Part shown: one piece after another, positions 1 to 10,549 of the stretch | Layout: each line of letters begins with the position of its first letter | Position numbering within the stretch: position 1 is the first letter of the stretch | Source of the DNA: Aduncisulcus paluster | Lineage: Eukaryota | Length of the DNA: 41,161 nucleotides | Reading direction: 5' to 3' | Assembly (NCBI GenBank): GCA_024181965.1 | Contig: BQXS01010044.1 | Location: forward strand, 1 to 41,161 | Notes under the pieces: model-generated | What the model saw: only the letters and a program-made list of their open reading frames with translations | The model's database searches: none | What the model was told of the DNA's origin: nothing | Program-made: the position numbers and the translations under genes

Positions 1-204
1 AATCTAAAAATATTATCTATATATTTACTTATCGTTGCAATTTATAATCAGTTAATAATAATAATAATAACTTATTATTATCAAATTAGATAAGATCCAC
101 TCACACCAATTATAGTTTATAACTTGAATAATATTTTTTGATGCGTTGAAAAAACAAAAAAATAGAAATCGAAATATTGCCTCGATCATTTATGAAAACC
201 CGTC

Positions 205-2319
205 TTAAATCTCATCTTCTTCAAGATGTATACCAACGGTACGATCATGGTAATGAGTCATCTCTTGCAACATTCTTGGACAAGGCATTCTGACACCCGA
301 CCCACCCGAAAAGGCCGATTGAGGTTGAGTACGAGCTCCAAGAATAAAATTAAACCCAACAGTATTTCCAACAGGTTTGGATGATTCCTCATCCATCGCT
401 CTGCTCCTGTGAAGCATCTTTTCAGCAATCTCTTCACTCTCAGAGTGGGACCTCGAAAGGTGGGGTTCAGACAAGTGAGATTCAACCTCGAGTTCAAACT
501 TTCTCCTTGCTGCCTCCGAGATATGGCCGTCACTTTTCCCAACAATCTCACCCTGCCTGATAGCTTGCATCTCTTGTTCTCTCTCGGATGCATGGAGAGA
601 GACATCATCAAGACCAATAGAACCATCCCGTTTGTCATGCAGAAGATCCTCACGGCTCCTGGAACGTTCAGCATCAATAGAACGACGATTGAATATCCCT
701 TCACTGCCCAAAATCTCAATAGAAGCACGAGGAGTTATGTGGGCACTTGAGACGACGGATGCACTAGTCGAGGAAGCAACTCCTTTCCGCAAATGCTCAT
801 AAATTGTGTGGTGTACAGTGATCTCAAGCTCTTCAAGAAGATCCGCTTCATCATCAGGGGGCACTTTACAGAACCATCGTTGGAAATATTTTTTATCCAT
901 TCGTGAGAACCATTTACCAAACTTATTGGAAGTCCCAAGCATACCTTCTCCTGTCGAAACAAGCATGGGAAGAGCACGAGTGAGTGTTTTAAAGGCCAAA
1001 GACTGACCTTTACCAACACTTTTCTTTAGGTTTATGTCCAATCCTTTCAATATAGGTTTGATTGTGGATCCTTGAAGGAACACAGTGAACATAACGACAA
1101 ATAAAGCACATGCAATGATCATGTCTTTGTTGTCTTCGCCTCCAAACACTTCAGCCTCGAGAGTCAACGTTAGGGCGAATGCAATGGCTCCACGAAGTCC
1201 CCCATAGCACAAAATAAACTGTTCCTTCAGAGATATGGGCTGAAGTCGCATTTTGTTCACGAATAGAGACAAAAATGGAACAACTACAAACCTAGACACC
1301 GTGATGAATAGAATTGTCCACCAAATATACTTCCAATCCCAGATAACTCCAGAAGATGATAAACTCATTCCCAGCATGAAGAAAACAAAGGTCTCAGAGA
1401 TGGATGAGAGCATTTTGAGCATAATTTCAGAAGCTGTTCTACAAGAGTCAAACAGGTTCTTTTTGGTATAGTGATCCATGATAATACCACACGTAAGAAT
1501 GGATACAATACCACTCAGAGAGAAAATTTCAGCCATCAGATATGACGTGTATGCAAAGAGGATGAGGAAGAAAGGTTCAATGTGTCTTGGAATACCCTCA
1601 ATTTTAATCAACAGAGCACTGATAAGACCAAATATAAGGCCAACAATAAGACCTCCGCATGCTACAATTACGAACTTGGCGACGGCAAGGAATCCCGAGG
1701 CGACAGAAACATGGCCATCCTCAGCCATTCCTTTGAAAACATTATAAAGGACGATGGATATGGCATCATTGAGAACAGATTCACCCGATAAAACCATTCC
1801 GAGGGTGTCATTGACATGAACTTCATCAAAAATGGAGAGAACTGCAATGGGATCAACAGCAGATATAACCGCACCAAAAGCAAGACATTGGAGCATATTC
1901 AGCTGAATTTCGGTAAACCCAGCATTCATAACAAGAAATAAAAGACCACCAGTAATGAAGGTGTTTAGAAGGGTTCCAATCAGAGCGAACACCAAAATAG
2001 TTCCTAAATTGCCAAAGAAATAATCTTTTCGCATATGAAATCCTTCCTGAAGGATAATGGGAGGGATTAGAACTGCAAAAAACATCTCGGGATTCAGAGC
2101 TTCCACATATTTAAGAGAATCATGTTCTATGTGACCTAAAGCAAAAGGTAAACCAAGTAAAGCCCCTGCAATAATAAAAAGAGATGATTCTGGCAAAAAT
2201 TTTATGTGATATTTATGGACAAGTGTTGCCAATAAGGATGTAATGATAAAAAAGGATAAAATCACAAGAAATGTGAGAGAAAAGCCATCTGTATGTATAT
2301 GAATCAGTGAATTTGTCAT
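205..2319 (-). CDS. Na+/H+ exchanger, CPA1 (NHE/NHX, SLC9-like) family
   Basis: 704-aa ORF with ~12 hydrophobic segments and CPA1 motifs LPES, FFAVLIPPII, FFGNLGTILVFALIGT, ISAVDPIAVL, GESVLNDA and GGLRGAIAFAL, followed by a hydrophilic C-terminal tail. Confidence 0.95.
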   Translation of the reverse strand: MTNSLIHIHTDGFSLTFLVILSFFIITSLLATLVHKYHIKFLPESSLFIIAGALLGLPFALGHIEHDSLKYVEALNPEMFFAVLIPPIILQEGFHMRKDYFFGNLGTILVFALIGTLLNTFITGGLLFLVMNAGFTEIQLNMLQCLAFGAVISAVDPIAVLSIFDEVHVNDTLGMVLSGESVLNDAISIVLYNVFKGMAEDGHVSVASGFLAVAKFVIVACGGLIVGLIFGLISALLIKIEGIPRHIEPFFLILFAYTSYLMAEIFSLSGIVSILTCGIIMDHYTKKNLFDSCRTASEIMLKMLSSISETFVFFMLGMSLSSSGVIWDWKYIWWTILFITVSRFVVVPFLSLFVNKMRLQPISLKEQFILCYGGLRGAIAFALTLTLEAEVFGGEDNKDMIIACALFVVMFTVFLQGSTIKPILKGLDINLKKSVGKGQSLAFKTLTRALPMLVSTGEGMLGTSNKFGKWFSRMDKKYFQRWFCKVPPDDEADLLEELEITVHHTIYEHLRKGVASSTSASVVSSAHITPRASIEILGSEGIFNRRSIDAERSRSREDLLHDKRDGSIGLDDVSLHASEREQEMQAIRQGEIVGKSDGHISEAARRKFELEVESHLSEPHLSRSHSESEEIAEKMLHRSRAMDEESSKPVGNTVGFNFILGARTQPQSAFSGGSGVRMPCPRMLQEMTHYHDRTVGIHLEEDEI

Positions 2320-2693
2320 AATTTAAAGATCGATATCAAATTATTAAATGAATATATCCGTCCACAAAAAGCTGGCAGTAAATTTTGTCTGGAGAATATG
2401 ATATGGTAAAATAGATGATGATTCACAACTCAGCAGAGTTATTTTTTTAAATAAGAAGAAAAGAGGAAAAATATTATGGTTCAAAACTCCTTGGAGCAGT
2501 TGGTGTAGTCATATCTACAACACAGGTAATACAGCCACCTTTAGTATAAAAAAATCCATGAGTTGACTTCACTATTTATTAAAAAAAATATGGATTTGTT
2601 GTTATTTTATACAAACTATGACATATATGACTTTTTCTTCTTACGTGACCATAATGCAATAAATCCAATTGAATATAGACTATAATTTAATTT

Positions 2694-3575
2694 TCACTTC
2701 TTCTTTTTGGTTTTCTTAGCATCTTGATCTTCCTCTGAATCCTCTCCGGATATCTCTTTTGCAACCTTTTCCTTAAGTCCAAGAAATTCTCTGTGAACGG
2801 CAATTGATATGGCTTTTCTCAACATATCTTCATCAACAGTTCCTCCTGCAACCTTGATTCCCTCGTCTACAGCCTTTTTAGCGGCTTCTTCAACAGCCTG
2901 TAAAACCTCTTCATCATCAATATGCCCAACTTCGCCGGAAGAAATAGCTTCGAAGCGACCACTATCGAGAGGAGCGAGCTGATATTTCATTTCAATCGTT
3001 TTAACTTCATTTCCTTTTTCATCTTCTGTCGCAACTTCCTCTCGTTTATACAAATAATCAGTAGCTTTCAAAATTTGCTTTCCAGCTGTTCCTACGCATT
3101 TCAGATTAATTAATGGTTTGGATATTAATGAATACCTGTATAAACGCCAAAAAGCAATAATATTTTCAACAAAAAATGTGAGAACAGCTCGACTTTCAGC
3201 GATAGAAAAAACTAAAAAGCAAAATGGAGGACGATGAACAGAACATCTTGCAATTGCATGTTGTAAATGGTCCATTGCATCTTTTTCACTTTTATATGGA
3301 TTTTGTAATAGTTTGAGAAGAGACAACATAATAGAAAATACTGCGGTCGTTTGAGTCAATTTAAGATCCGAACTTAGACAAAAGGATATAGCGTTTTCAC
3401 ATATTTCATCGTATACCTCATATAAATCCTCATCATCCTTTGAATATTTGATAGAATCGTCCCAAGACATTTCAATGAAACGAATAACAGCTTCACGACG
3501 AATTGGTTCTTCATTTTCAGAATTTTGTAGGATCGTAATAACACATTTCGTGAGTTCTTCGTTTTGAGCTTTCAT
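2694..3575 (-). CDS. CFAP119: Flagellar central-pair C1a-32 / CFAP119 (CCDC189)-like protein
   Basis: 293 aa; SVHRPPFCFLVFS followed by FFVENIIAFWRLYRY matches the C1a-32 family signature as I recall it. Not database-checked. Confidence 0.75.
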   Translation of the reverse strand: MKAQNEELTKCVITILQNSENEEPIRREAVIRFIEMSWDDSIKYSKDDEDLYEVYDEICENAISFCLSSDLKLTQTTAVFSIMLSLLKLLQNPYKSEKDAMDHLQHAIARCSVHRPPFCFLVFSIAESRAVLTFFVENIIAFWRLYRYSLISKPLINLKCVGTAGKQILKATDYLYKREEVATEDEKGNEVKTIEMKYQLAPLDSGRFEAISSGEVGHIDDEEVLQAVEEAAKKAVDEGIKVAGGTVDEDMLRKAISIAVHREFLGLKEKVAKEISGEDSEEDQDAKKTKKKK

Positions 3576-3930
3576 ATTGACTCCAAAACATCAAATTCGC
3601 TTCAGTAGCAAACCTTAAAATATTCATGGACATACAAAGTAAAAAAACCATTTTTAATGANNNNNNNNNNNNNNNNNNNNGTATACCTCATATAAATCCT
3701 CATCATCCTTTGAATATTTGATAGAATCGTCCCAAGACATTTCAATGAAACGAATAACAGCTTCACGACGAATTGGTTCTTCATTTTCAGAATTTTGTAG
3801 GATCGTAATAACACATTTCGTGAGTTCTTCGTTTTGAGCTTTCATATTGACTCCAAAACATCAAATTCGCTTCAGTAGCAAACCTTAAAATATTCATGCA
3901 CATACAAAGTAAAAAAACCATTTTTAATGA
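3411..3930. other. Assembly artefact: 20-N gap (3661-3680) with duplicated flanks
   Basis: 3411-3660 is repeated at 3681-3930 with one mismatch (catgga/catgca). This creates a false second 5' end of the CFAP119 gene. Confidence 0.92.
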
Positions 3931-4040
3931 TGAGAAAATGAATTTACATCTAAATAAATGCCTAAATTTCGATTATTTTGGGATTTAGAGAAAAAGAATG
4001 GATTTGGGAGTATATTCTAAGATCCATTCCATATTTTTAG

Positions 4041-6488
4041 ATGGAAGACGATGAATCTATCATATTATCTCGGATTTCGAGGATATTAAGATACAACCCA
4101 GAGAATAAGGCTGAGTTTGTCGATACAGCTTCCCAACTTATTGATGATTCGATTAATTTATATTTATACTCTGACCATATTTTTAGAACTATTTGTGATA
4201 TGATTGAAGAGCAATACACATGCATGCCTCGCTTGGCCGCAATTTTAAATATGATAAATTCTCACCTCCCCGATATCGGGTCAGATATGATTTCTTGTAT
4301 ATTGTTGAGGTATATTCGTCATTATTATTCTATTATTACAATGAATATTGAGGGCAAAACTATAAAATATGATGTAAAAAAGAAAGCTATCTCAATCTCA
4401 AATTCTTTTCAAGCTCTATGTGAATTTTTAGGACATTTATGCACCCAACGTCTGATTTCATCTAACTTTTTGCTTTATTTACTGACTATATCCTTTACTC
4501 CGATCGTGAATAATGATATTCTCCATGGGGCTCTCCACTGTTTGAAGATTTCTGGGGCTAGAGTGTCTAAGCAATTGCCGAGTTCATATAGGAAGATATT
4601 AAACAACATTGTTTCATATGGTAAACTTAGCAGTGTAAAAAGAGCTACAAGAGTAGAAATTCTTCGCTTAGAACAGCGTTCCTCACAGTTTCGAAGGGTA
4701 TCAACTTCGGGCTTAACATTTGCCAGTCGTCCTGATGAAAATCCATATGTTCCTGCAATATACGATGTTGTTCCACCTTCGATGGTACATGAATACAAGC
4801 ATTCTCTTGACACGTTGGTCCAAGTCAAGGATCTCTCTGAATATCTTTCTACTTTATGGCGAATAAGCATTAAACAAAAAGAGGAGAAACAAAAGAGGAA
4901 ACAAAGGAAGAGAATGCGTTCGGATAGTAGTAGCGATATTTCGATAGAGAGTCCCATGTTGAATCCAAAGATTCGGCCAATTGAGGATTTTTTGGTTCAT
5001 TTTTCTCCCATTTTTGTATCTCTTAAAGATCTTTCTGCTCGTGATAGACACTCTCTCCAACTCAAGTGGGAAATAGCCATCAAGAGAATATTTGGGGAGG
5101 AGGAAGAAGAGGAAGAGGAGGAAGAAGAAGGACGAGGAAAAGAGGAGGAAGATCATGAAAACGATGAAAATGAAGGGAGAGAGAGAGAAGAAGAGGAAAG
5201 TGAAGAAAGGAAGATAGTTGAAGAAAACGATCAAAAGTCAAGGGAAGATTATTCGAAAGGTGAAGAGGAAACTCTTTACAATAGCAAAATTGGGTCAAAG
5301 AAAGTCTCATCGTCTCCCTCAGCTCCCTCATCTTCCTCTTCTCCTGATCTTGTTGACGGTTACGACGATGGTGAGGATGCAAAGCGTTTTCAGACTCATT
5401 ATCGTGATCGTGAGGAACGAGATGCTTCTCCTGAGCGACGCAAGCATGTCGAGCAAGTTAATTATGAAATTGGAGCAGATTATGTTGATGTGACTGATAT
5501 TCGCACTATGAATTTCCGCAGAAGGGTTAATCTGACCCATATGAGTTCGGTGACGGCCGATGAAGCCATAGAAAAGTTGATGAGAGATGGAATACTGGAG
5601 GAACAAGTCGATCCTCTCCTCGAAATGTTGCTTTTGGGTGCGAAGAATGAGCGTGCCATCCGTAACATATATGGAAACATGGTCACTTTGTTGTGCAGAC
5701 ATGGAGTGTGCTCATCGTTGCCAAAGCCTCTGAAGCGGAGATATTCTCGTCCTGCTCTGGGTCCATCCAAGATTAGGATTCATCCTGATGTGTTTGTTCA
5801 ATCTTTCATTCGTCTCTTCCAACAAGAATATGACAAACTTGAGGAATATTCAGACGATCAGATGATACGAAATGCAGCTCAGTTCTTTGGAGTTGTCCTC
5901 AGAGAGCAAGTAGTCCCGTTTGATGACTGTTTGACTATTGTTCGCATATCTGGTGACACAACTTGTTCTGAACAACGAAAGTTTCTCAAATATTTATTTT
6001 TAACTATTCTTGGTGGAGTTTCTGTGAAAGATCTCTCTTCCTATATGTATAGGAATGCCGACACGCCAGAAATTGTCCAGGCAAGAAAACAATGGAAAAG
6101 GGCCAAAAAGGAATATGATGTTGCACTGAAGAAACGAGAGAAAGCAGAAGCAGCATTGACGCATCAAAACCTTGTTAATGGAAGGGATTCTCTGTCGCAA
6201 GATGGTGCTCCTTCTCTTCCACCAATGCCTATACCTCTCCCACCACCACCTCCTCCTCCTCTTCCACTCTCTTCCCTCTTGCCGTGTGACTATCTTCACA
6301 ACACGTTGTACGCGATAACTTTTTACAAGGGCATTGGAGGAGGCGTTGAGAAAATTGCGAAGGGTCTTGAAGAGTGGAAAGAGAAGAATCTCGTTCATGA
6401 AGAGGAAGAGGGAGAGGAAGAGGAGGATGAAGATGGAGAAGAATATGAATACGAATATGAAGAGATCGAGGAAGAAGAAGCTGAGTAA
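4041..6488 (+). CDS. CWC22: Pre-mRNA splicing factor CWC22 homolog (MIF4G + MA3), divergent
   Basis: MA3-region motifs NFRRRVNLTHMSSVTADEAIEKLM, IRNAAQFFGVVL, TTCSEQRKFLKYLF and NTLYAITFYKGIG parallel CWC22 (RRTIYLTIMSS, LRNVAKFFAHLL, TTSSSRIFVKILF, NTRFAINFFTSIG). It has a helical N-terminal domain and an acidic linker. Confidence 0.85.
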   Translation: MEDDESIILSRISRILRYNPENKAEFVDTASQLIDDSINLYLYSDHIFRTICDMIEEQYTCMPRLAAILNMINSHLPDIGSDMISCILLRYIRHYYSIITMNIEGKTIKYDVKKKAISISNSFQALCEFLGHLCTQRLISSNFLLYLLTISFTPIVNNDILHGALHCLKISGARVSKQLPSSYRKILNNIVSYGKLSSVKRATRVEILRLEQRSSQFRRVSTSGLTFASRPDENPYVPAIYDVVPPSMVHEYKHSLDTLVQVKDLSEYLSTLWRISIKQKEEKQKRKQRKRMRSDSSSDISIESPMLNPKIRPIEDFLVHFSPIFVSLKDLSARDRHSLQLKWEIAIKRIFGEEEEEEEEEEEGRGKEEEDHENDENEGREREEEESEERKIVEENDQKSREDYSKGEEETLYNSKIGSKKVSSSPSAPSSSSSPDLVDGYDDGEDAKRFQTHYRDREERDASPERRKHVEQVNYEIGADYVDVTDIRTMNFRRRVNLTHMSSVTADEAIEKLMRDGILEEQVDPLLEMLLLGAKNERAIRNIYGNMVTLLCRHGVCSSLPKPLKRRYSRPALGPSKIRIHPDVFVQSFIRLFQQEYDKLEEYSDDQMIRNAAQFFGVVLREQVVPFDDCLTIVRISGDTTCSEQRKFLKYLFLTILGGVSVKDLSSYMYRNADTPEIVQARKQWKRAKKEYDVALKKREKAEAALTHQNLVNGRDSLSQDGAPSLPPMPIPLPPPPPPPLPLSSLLPCDYLHNTLYAITFYKGIGGGVEKIAKGLEEWKEKNLVHEEEEGEEEEDEDGEEYEYEYEEIEEEEAE

Positions 6489-6642
6489 GTAAATACATTA
6501 CTGTTGATTTTTGCAAATGCTTTTGATATCCAAAGTCATACTCATTGAAAAAGGATCAATCAATATTGAAAACTCCCATCTTATCAACCTGACGGATAAT
6601 ATACACCTTAACATCGAACAAATAAAAAGAAATAGACATAAA

Positions 6643-7179
6643 TTAAATCCATGGCTTGTAAGAAAGACGATCAATTGTTTCCCACTCAAGTTCTTTTTCT
6701 TGATCAGCGAGGAAACGAATCCCAAAAAAGGTACAAAATCCAGCTTTAGGACATTTAGATACAATATGAATATCACACGATATAACATTTTCAATTCCAA
6801 CTGGAAATGATTGCCAAAAAACCTGATATGGACGGAGTTCTTTCATCTCGTATTCTTTTTTGATTTTGGCTCCTTCCAAGCAAGAAAATTCAGCATTAAA
6901 TTCCACTATTTTATCATCATAACTATGATGACATATATAGAGCTCCTTAATGGGGCGTGGTTTGTCAAAAGATAGAAACAAATTGGGATAGAAACGAAGT
7001 TTTGCTTCACCTTGAAGAAATTTAAACAAATTATCATGATCCATATCCTTTAGACCTTCAGCAGTTGCTTTTGTCTCATCTATTGGAATAACACCATGAT
7101 GACCAACAGGAAAAGGCCCACGATAATAATTAGTGTCATATAACCCATATATCAAAGCTTCTGAACCGAATATTCTCAT
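6643..7179 (-). CDS. Hypothetical protein, probable beta-sandwich domain of a lineage-specific family
   Basis: 178-aa ATG-to-TAA ORF with alternating beta-strand patterns (LFLSFDKPRPIKELYICH, WQSFPVGIENVISCDIHI, FFGIRF). No recognised family. Confidence 0.6.
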   Translation of the reverse strand: MRIFGSEALIYGLYDTNYYRGPFPVGHHGVIPIDETKATAEGLKDMDHDNLFKFLQGEAKLRFYPNLFLSFDKPRPIKELYICHHSYDDKIVEFNAEFSCLEGAKIKKEYEMKELRPYQVFWQSFPVGIENVISCDIHIVSKCPKAGFCTFFGIRFLADQEKELEWETIDRLSYKPWI

Positions 7180-7266
7180 ATGTGTTTAATAATTTTCAAA
7201 ATATCAAGTGATGACTTTGTTATCTCCTTGAATAGTCTGATATGCAAGGTGTTGTGGTAGCAAAAT

Positions 7267-7318
7267 TCACTGTCACAGTGATTTCAAATCGTCAAGTTGA
7301 CGGTCAAAATCAATATTG
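7267..7318. repeat. Chain of overlapping 1-nt-spacer palindromes
   Basis: TCACTGT-c-ACAGTGA, GATTT-c-AAATC, CGTCAA-g-TTGACG, TTGAC-g-GTCAA and CAATATTG. Confidence 0.9.
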
Positions 7319-7797
7319 TGTTAAATCGATGATACCGATCCACATGTCAAAAATTAATACCAATTTTGTTTAAAATAATAAATAAAGAGGCCTTTTTTAA
7401 TTTTTAGTTCCGCTGAAACCCTTCATATATAGCTGGAATTAACTCGCTATTTTCAACTTGAAAAGGTTTTGAAAACCTGTTTTTTCTGCCAATGATCTGC
7501 ATTTATACTCTATTTCCCAATTTTATCTTTCTTTATTTCAAATATGATCTAATTAATTGATCTTTGTAGAGCTTGAAATAGAGTGACACAAGCTCCTTGC
7601 GCTGATGCAACAGTTCCAGACGTTCATTACAGAATTTTTTTAATATGTTTTTATTATTAATGTTTAATAAAATGTATCTATAAGCTCATCTTATTGCTCA
7701 AAAACAATTTTTAATTTCAGTTGAATTTTTAGATTCTTTTTCTCTCGCTTGTTGTTATATCCACACTTGTCTTTTTTGTTGATTTATCATAAATTCA

Positions 7798-8280
7798 ATG
7801 GCTATTATTTATTCTTTGTATTTTAAGTGTGAAATGGAAGGTATCACCTCCATTAAGCCCTTTTCTCATATTGTGAATACTCAGATCAAATGTACTTCTT
7901 GTGGTCATGTTCATGATGGTATTTGTATCGATTATCATACGGCAATCGAATCAAAAAGAGGTCGTGGAACCTTTAATCTTGTTATGAAGTGTAAAGATTG
8001 TAAAAGAGATATGACAGCTGTGTTAATGAATTTACCCTCAATAGAATATACTGAGGAGAATGGCAGTGATTTTGCTAAGCTTGTCGGCATTAAAACAACC
8101 GGATGTGAGATTACTGGTTTTGTTCTCGAAAAGTTTACTGGAATCTCCGAAGGAGGAGCACCCATCGATGAGATTATCATTGATGAAGATGGTAGTTTCG
8201 CCGATTATATTGATGCAACAGATGAAACGGTATCAATAATGGAATACGACACGAAAATCGAGTTCACGCGTTCCAAGTAA
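7798..8280 (+). CDS. CZIB: CXXC-motif zinc-binding protein (DUF866/C1orf123)
   Basis: 160 aa with KCTSCG and RGTFNLVMKCKDCKR CXXC pairs and a C-terminal FADY...ETVSI; size is typical of the family. Confidence 0.9.
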   Translation: MAIIYSLYFKCEMEGITSIKPFSHIVNTQIKCTSCGHVHDGICIDYHTAIESKRGRGTFNLVMKCKDCKRDMTAVLMNLPSIEYTEENGSDFAKLVGIKTTGCEITGFVLEKFTGISEGGAPIDEIIIDEDGSFADYIDATDETVSIMEYDTKIEFTRSK

Positions 8281-8360
8281 TCAACAGCGATGAAACTTCA
8301 TATATTATTGAATATACAGAATAAATTGGATTTTAAATTTCCCTTATGTTTCCACATCAT

Positions 8361-8419
8361 TCAGATCTGAGATCAGGCAATGATTTTGATCAGGGCCCCT
8401 GAGAAGCCCGGGGCTTCTC
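8361..8419. repeat. GC-rich palindrome chain
   Basis: TCAGATCTGA, GATCT-g-AGATC, TCAGGG-c-CCCTGA and GAGAAGCCC-g-GGGCTTCTC. Confidence 0.9.
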
Positions 8420-8595
8420 GGAAGATCAATGAAGCGAAAAATTACAAATAATCATTGTATTTATTATTTTTTTGTATTTTACGAAATCAAATGAGTGTAA
8501 TCTAAAATCAAAATTGATTATCAATCAGTTCAACTCGGCAAGATAAGAAAAATTGATTCTTGCAAACCTCAATTCCAACTTTGACGCATCATCCA

Positions 8596-10549
8596 ATGGC
8601 TGAACAATTAAAAACAGAGGGGAATTCCTTTTTTGGAAAAGGTGAATATGATAAAGCTGTTCAAAAATATACTCAAGCCCTTGATTTGGATTCTGATAAT
8701 GCCTTTCTGTATGCCAATCGAGCCGCTGCATTATTACAATTAAAACAATATAAAAAAGCAAAAGTGGATAGTGAGAAGGCATTATCGCTTAAACCCAACT
8801 TCTCTAAGGCTTTATTGAGACTTGCAACTGCCGAATTGTGTTTAGGTGATCCCAAGAAAAGTTTAGCAAATATTTCAAAAGTTGTGGCCTCTTCTCCGAC
8901 CAATGCCTCTGCCTTGGACATTTACAGAAAAGCTAAATATGTAGATAGAGTCTTATCAGATCTTGATTCTCAAGTGAAACATGAAGCCAAAGCGTTGGTC
9001 GATTCAATCAAAGAGACTTTGTCCAATAATGGAGATTTAATAATTGCATCAAAAAAACCTGATCCTCCATCTTCTGATGAGGGCAGCAAACTTGCTCATT
9101 TGGAGCGGACTTATGAGACCCTTCAACCAATTTGCTGTGGGTCCTCAACTATTTGTGCTTATTCTGCGCTAATTATGACTCTTAGAGCTCAATNNNNNNN
9201 NNNNNNNNNNNNNTTATCAGATCTTGATTCTCAAGTGAAACATGAAGCCAAAGCGTTGGTCGATTCAATCAAAGAGACTTTGTCCAATAATGGAGATTTA
9301 ATAATTGCATCAAAAAAACCTGATCCTCCATCTTCTGATGAGGGCAGCAAACTTGCTCATTTGGAGCGGACTTATGAGACCCTTCAACCAATTTGCTGTG
9401 GGTCCTCAACTATTTTTGCTTATTCTGCGCTAATTATGACTCTTAGAGCTCAATCGTGGAAACTTGTTCACGGCGCTCAAGGAATTGCTCCCACAGACTT
9501 GTCTATCTTTGCTCGTGGGATGAAAAAGAAGCTTCATGAGCGTCTTAAGCAAGCCCAAACCATTGATTCAAATAATAGTGAACTCTGGCTCTGTGTTGCC
9601 ATGATTCGTCTGTACGACAAAGATATTGACAATGCTCTGTCTGCTCTGCGTCATGCCTTGTCCTTAAGTCCTGATGATCCCAGTTGTCAAAAAATATACC
9701 GTCTTCTCAAGAGGGCTAAAAGTGAATCCGATAAGGGGAAGGCTATTTTATCGCGTGGAGCCAACAAATCGGCGTATGAACAAGCCATGACTCATTTTAA
9801 TTCTGCCATTGATTCGTACCTTGGAGACAATATCTTTGCCATCTGTTCTGTCGGACTGATCTCCCGTGTGGTTGGTAACCGTTCCGTTGCCTGGCAGAAG
9901 CTCGAGCAAACAGACAAGGCCGTTGGTGATAGCACCCTTGCCGTTCAACTTGATCCCCTGTATGAAAAGGCTTATCAGAGGCGTTGTACCCATCTGATTT
10001 CTTCTGGTGAACACCAACAGATCTGTGTTAGTGATGCCAACTTCCTCACCCGTGTTAACCCCTCAGAAAGAGCCTATAAGGAACTTAAGCGTAAGGCCGA
10101 ATCTAGTAGACGGAAGAATGCCCGAAAGGATTATTACAAAATCCTTGGCGTTGAGAAAGGGGCCAATGCAGCTATGCTTAAGAAGGCCTTCCGGAAGAAA
10201 GCTCTTAAGTATCATCCTGATAAAGTCCCTCATGATGCATCCCCTGCAGAGAAAGAAGAGGCCGATAAGTGCTTCAAGGATGTCAATGAGGCCTACAATG
10301 TCCTGAATGACGAGAGAAAGAGACAGATATATGATGCCGGTGGTGATCCTGAGAACCCTGAATCTGGCATGAGGAGGAGGAGGAGGAACCCATGTGTTCA
10401 CCATGGGTGGCATTGATCCCTCGGATATTATCTCCATGTTCGGTGGCATGATGGGAGGAATGGGAGGTGGTGGCAGAAGTGGGAGACGTGGACGTGGAGG
10501 ACAGAGCTTCTCGTTCGGTTTTGGAGGACCTGGAGGGTTCCCTTTCTAA
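8596..10549 (+). CDS. DNAJC7: TPR-repeat + J-domain co-chaperone (DNAJC7/TPR2-like)
   Basis: First ATG at 8596 ([13 protein letters not shown]), TPR repeats, then J-domain DYYKILGV...ALKYHPDK. The G/F-rich tail lies in the +1 frame (10373-10549, TAA). About 563 aa after removing the gap duplication and one base. Confidence 0.9.
8953..9454. other. Assembly artefact: 20-N gap (9194-9213) with duplicated flanks
   Basis: 8953-9193 is repeated at 9214-9454 with one mismatch (atttgt/attttt). Confidence 0.92.

Noticed and set aside
3602-3845. Second copy or pseudogene of the CFAP119 5' end
   Set aside because: It is the duplicated contig end at the N gap.
8401-8423. Heat-shock element upstream of the DnaJ gene
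   Set aside because: The GAA/TTC spacing does not match nGAAnnTTCn periodicity.
8413-8429. GCTTCTCGG-AAGATCAA resembles the 5' end of U2 snRNA
   Set aside because: Stem I is missing and the branch-pairing GTAGTA does not follow.
8378-8436. SECIS-like ATGA...TGA stem downstream of CZIB
   Set aside because: CZIB has no in-frame TGA, and the helix and apical AA geometry do not fit a SECIS.
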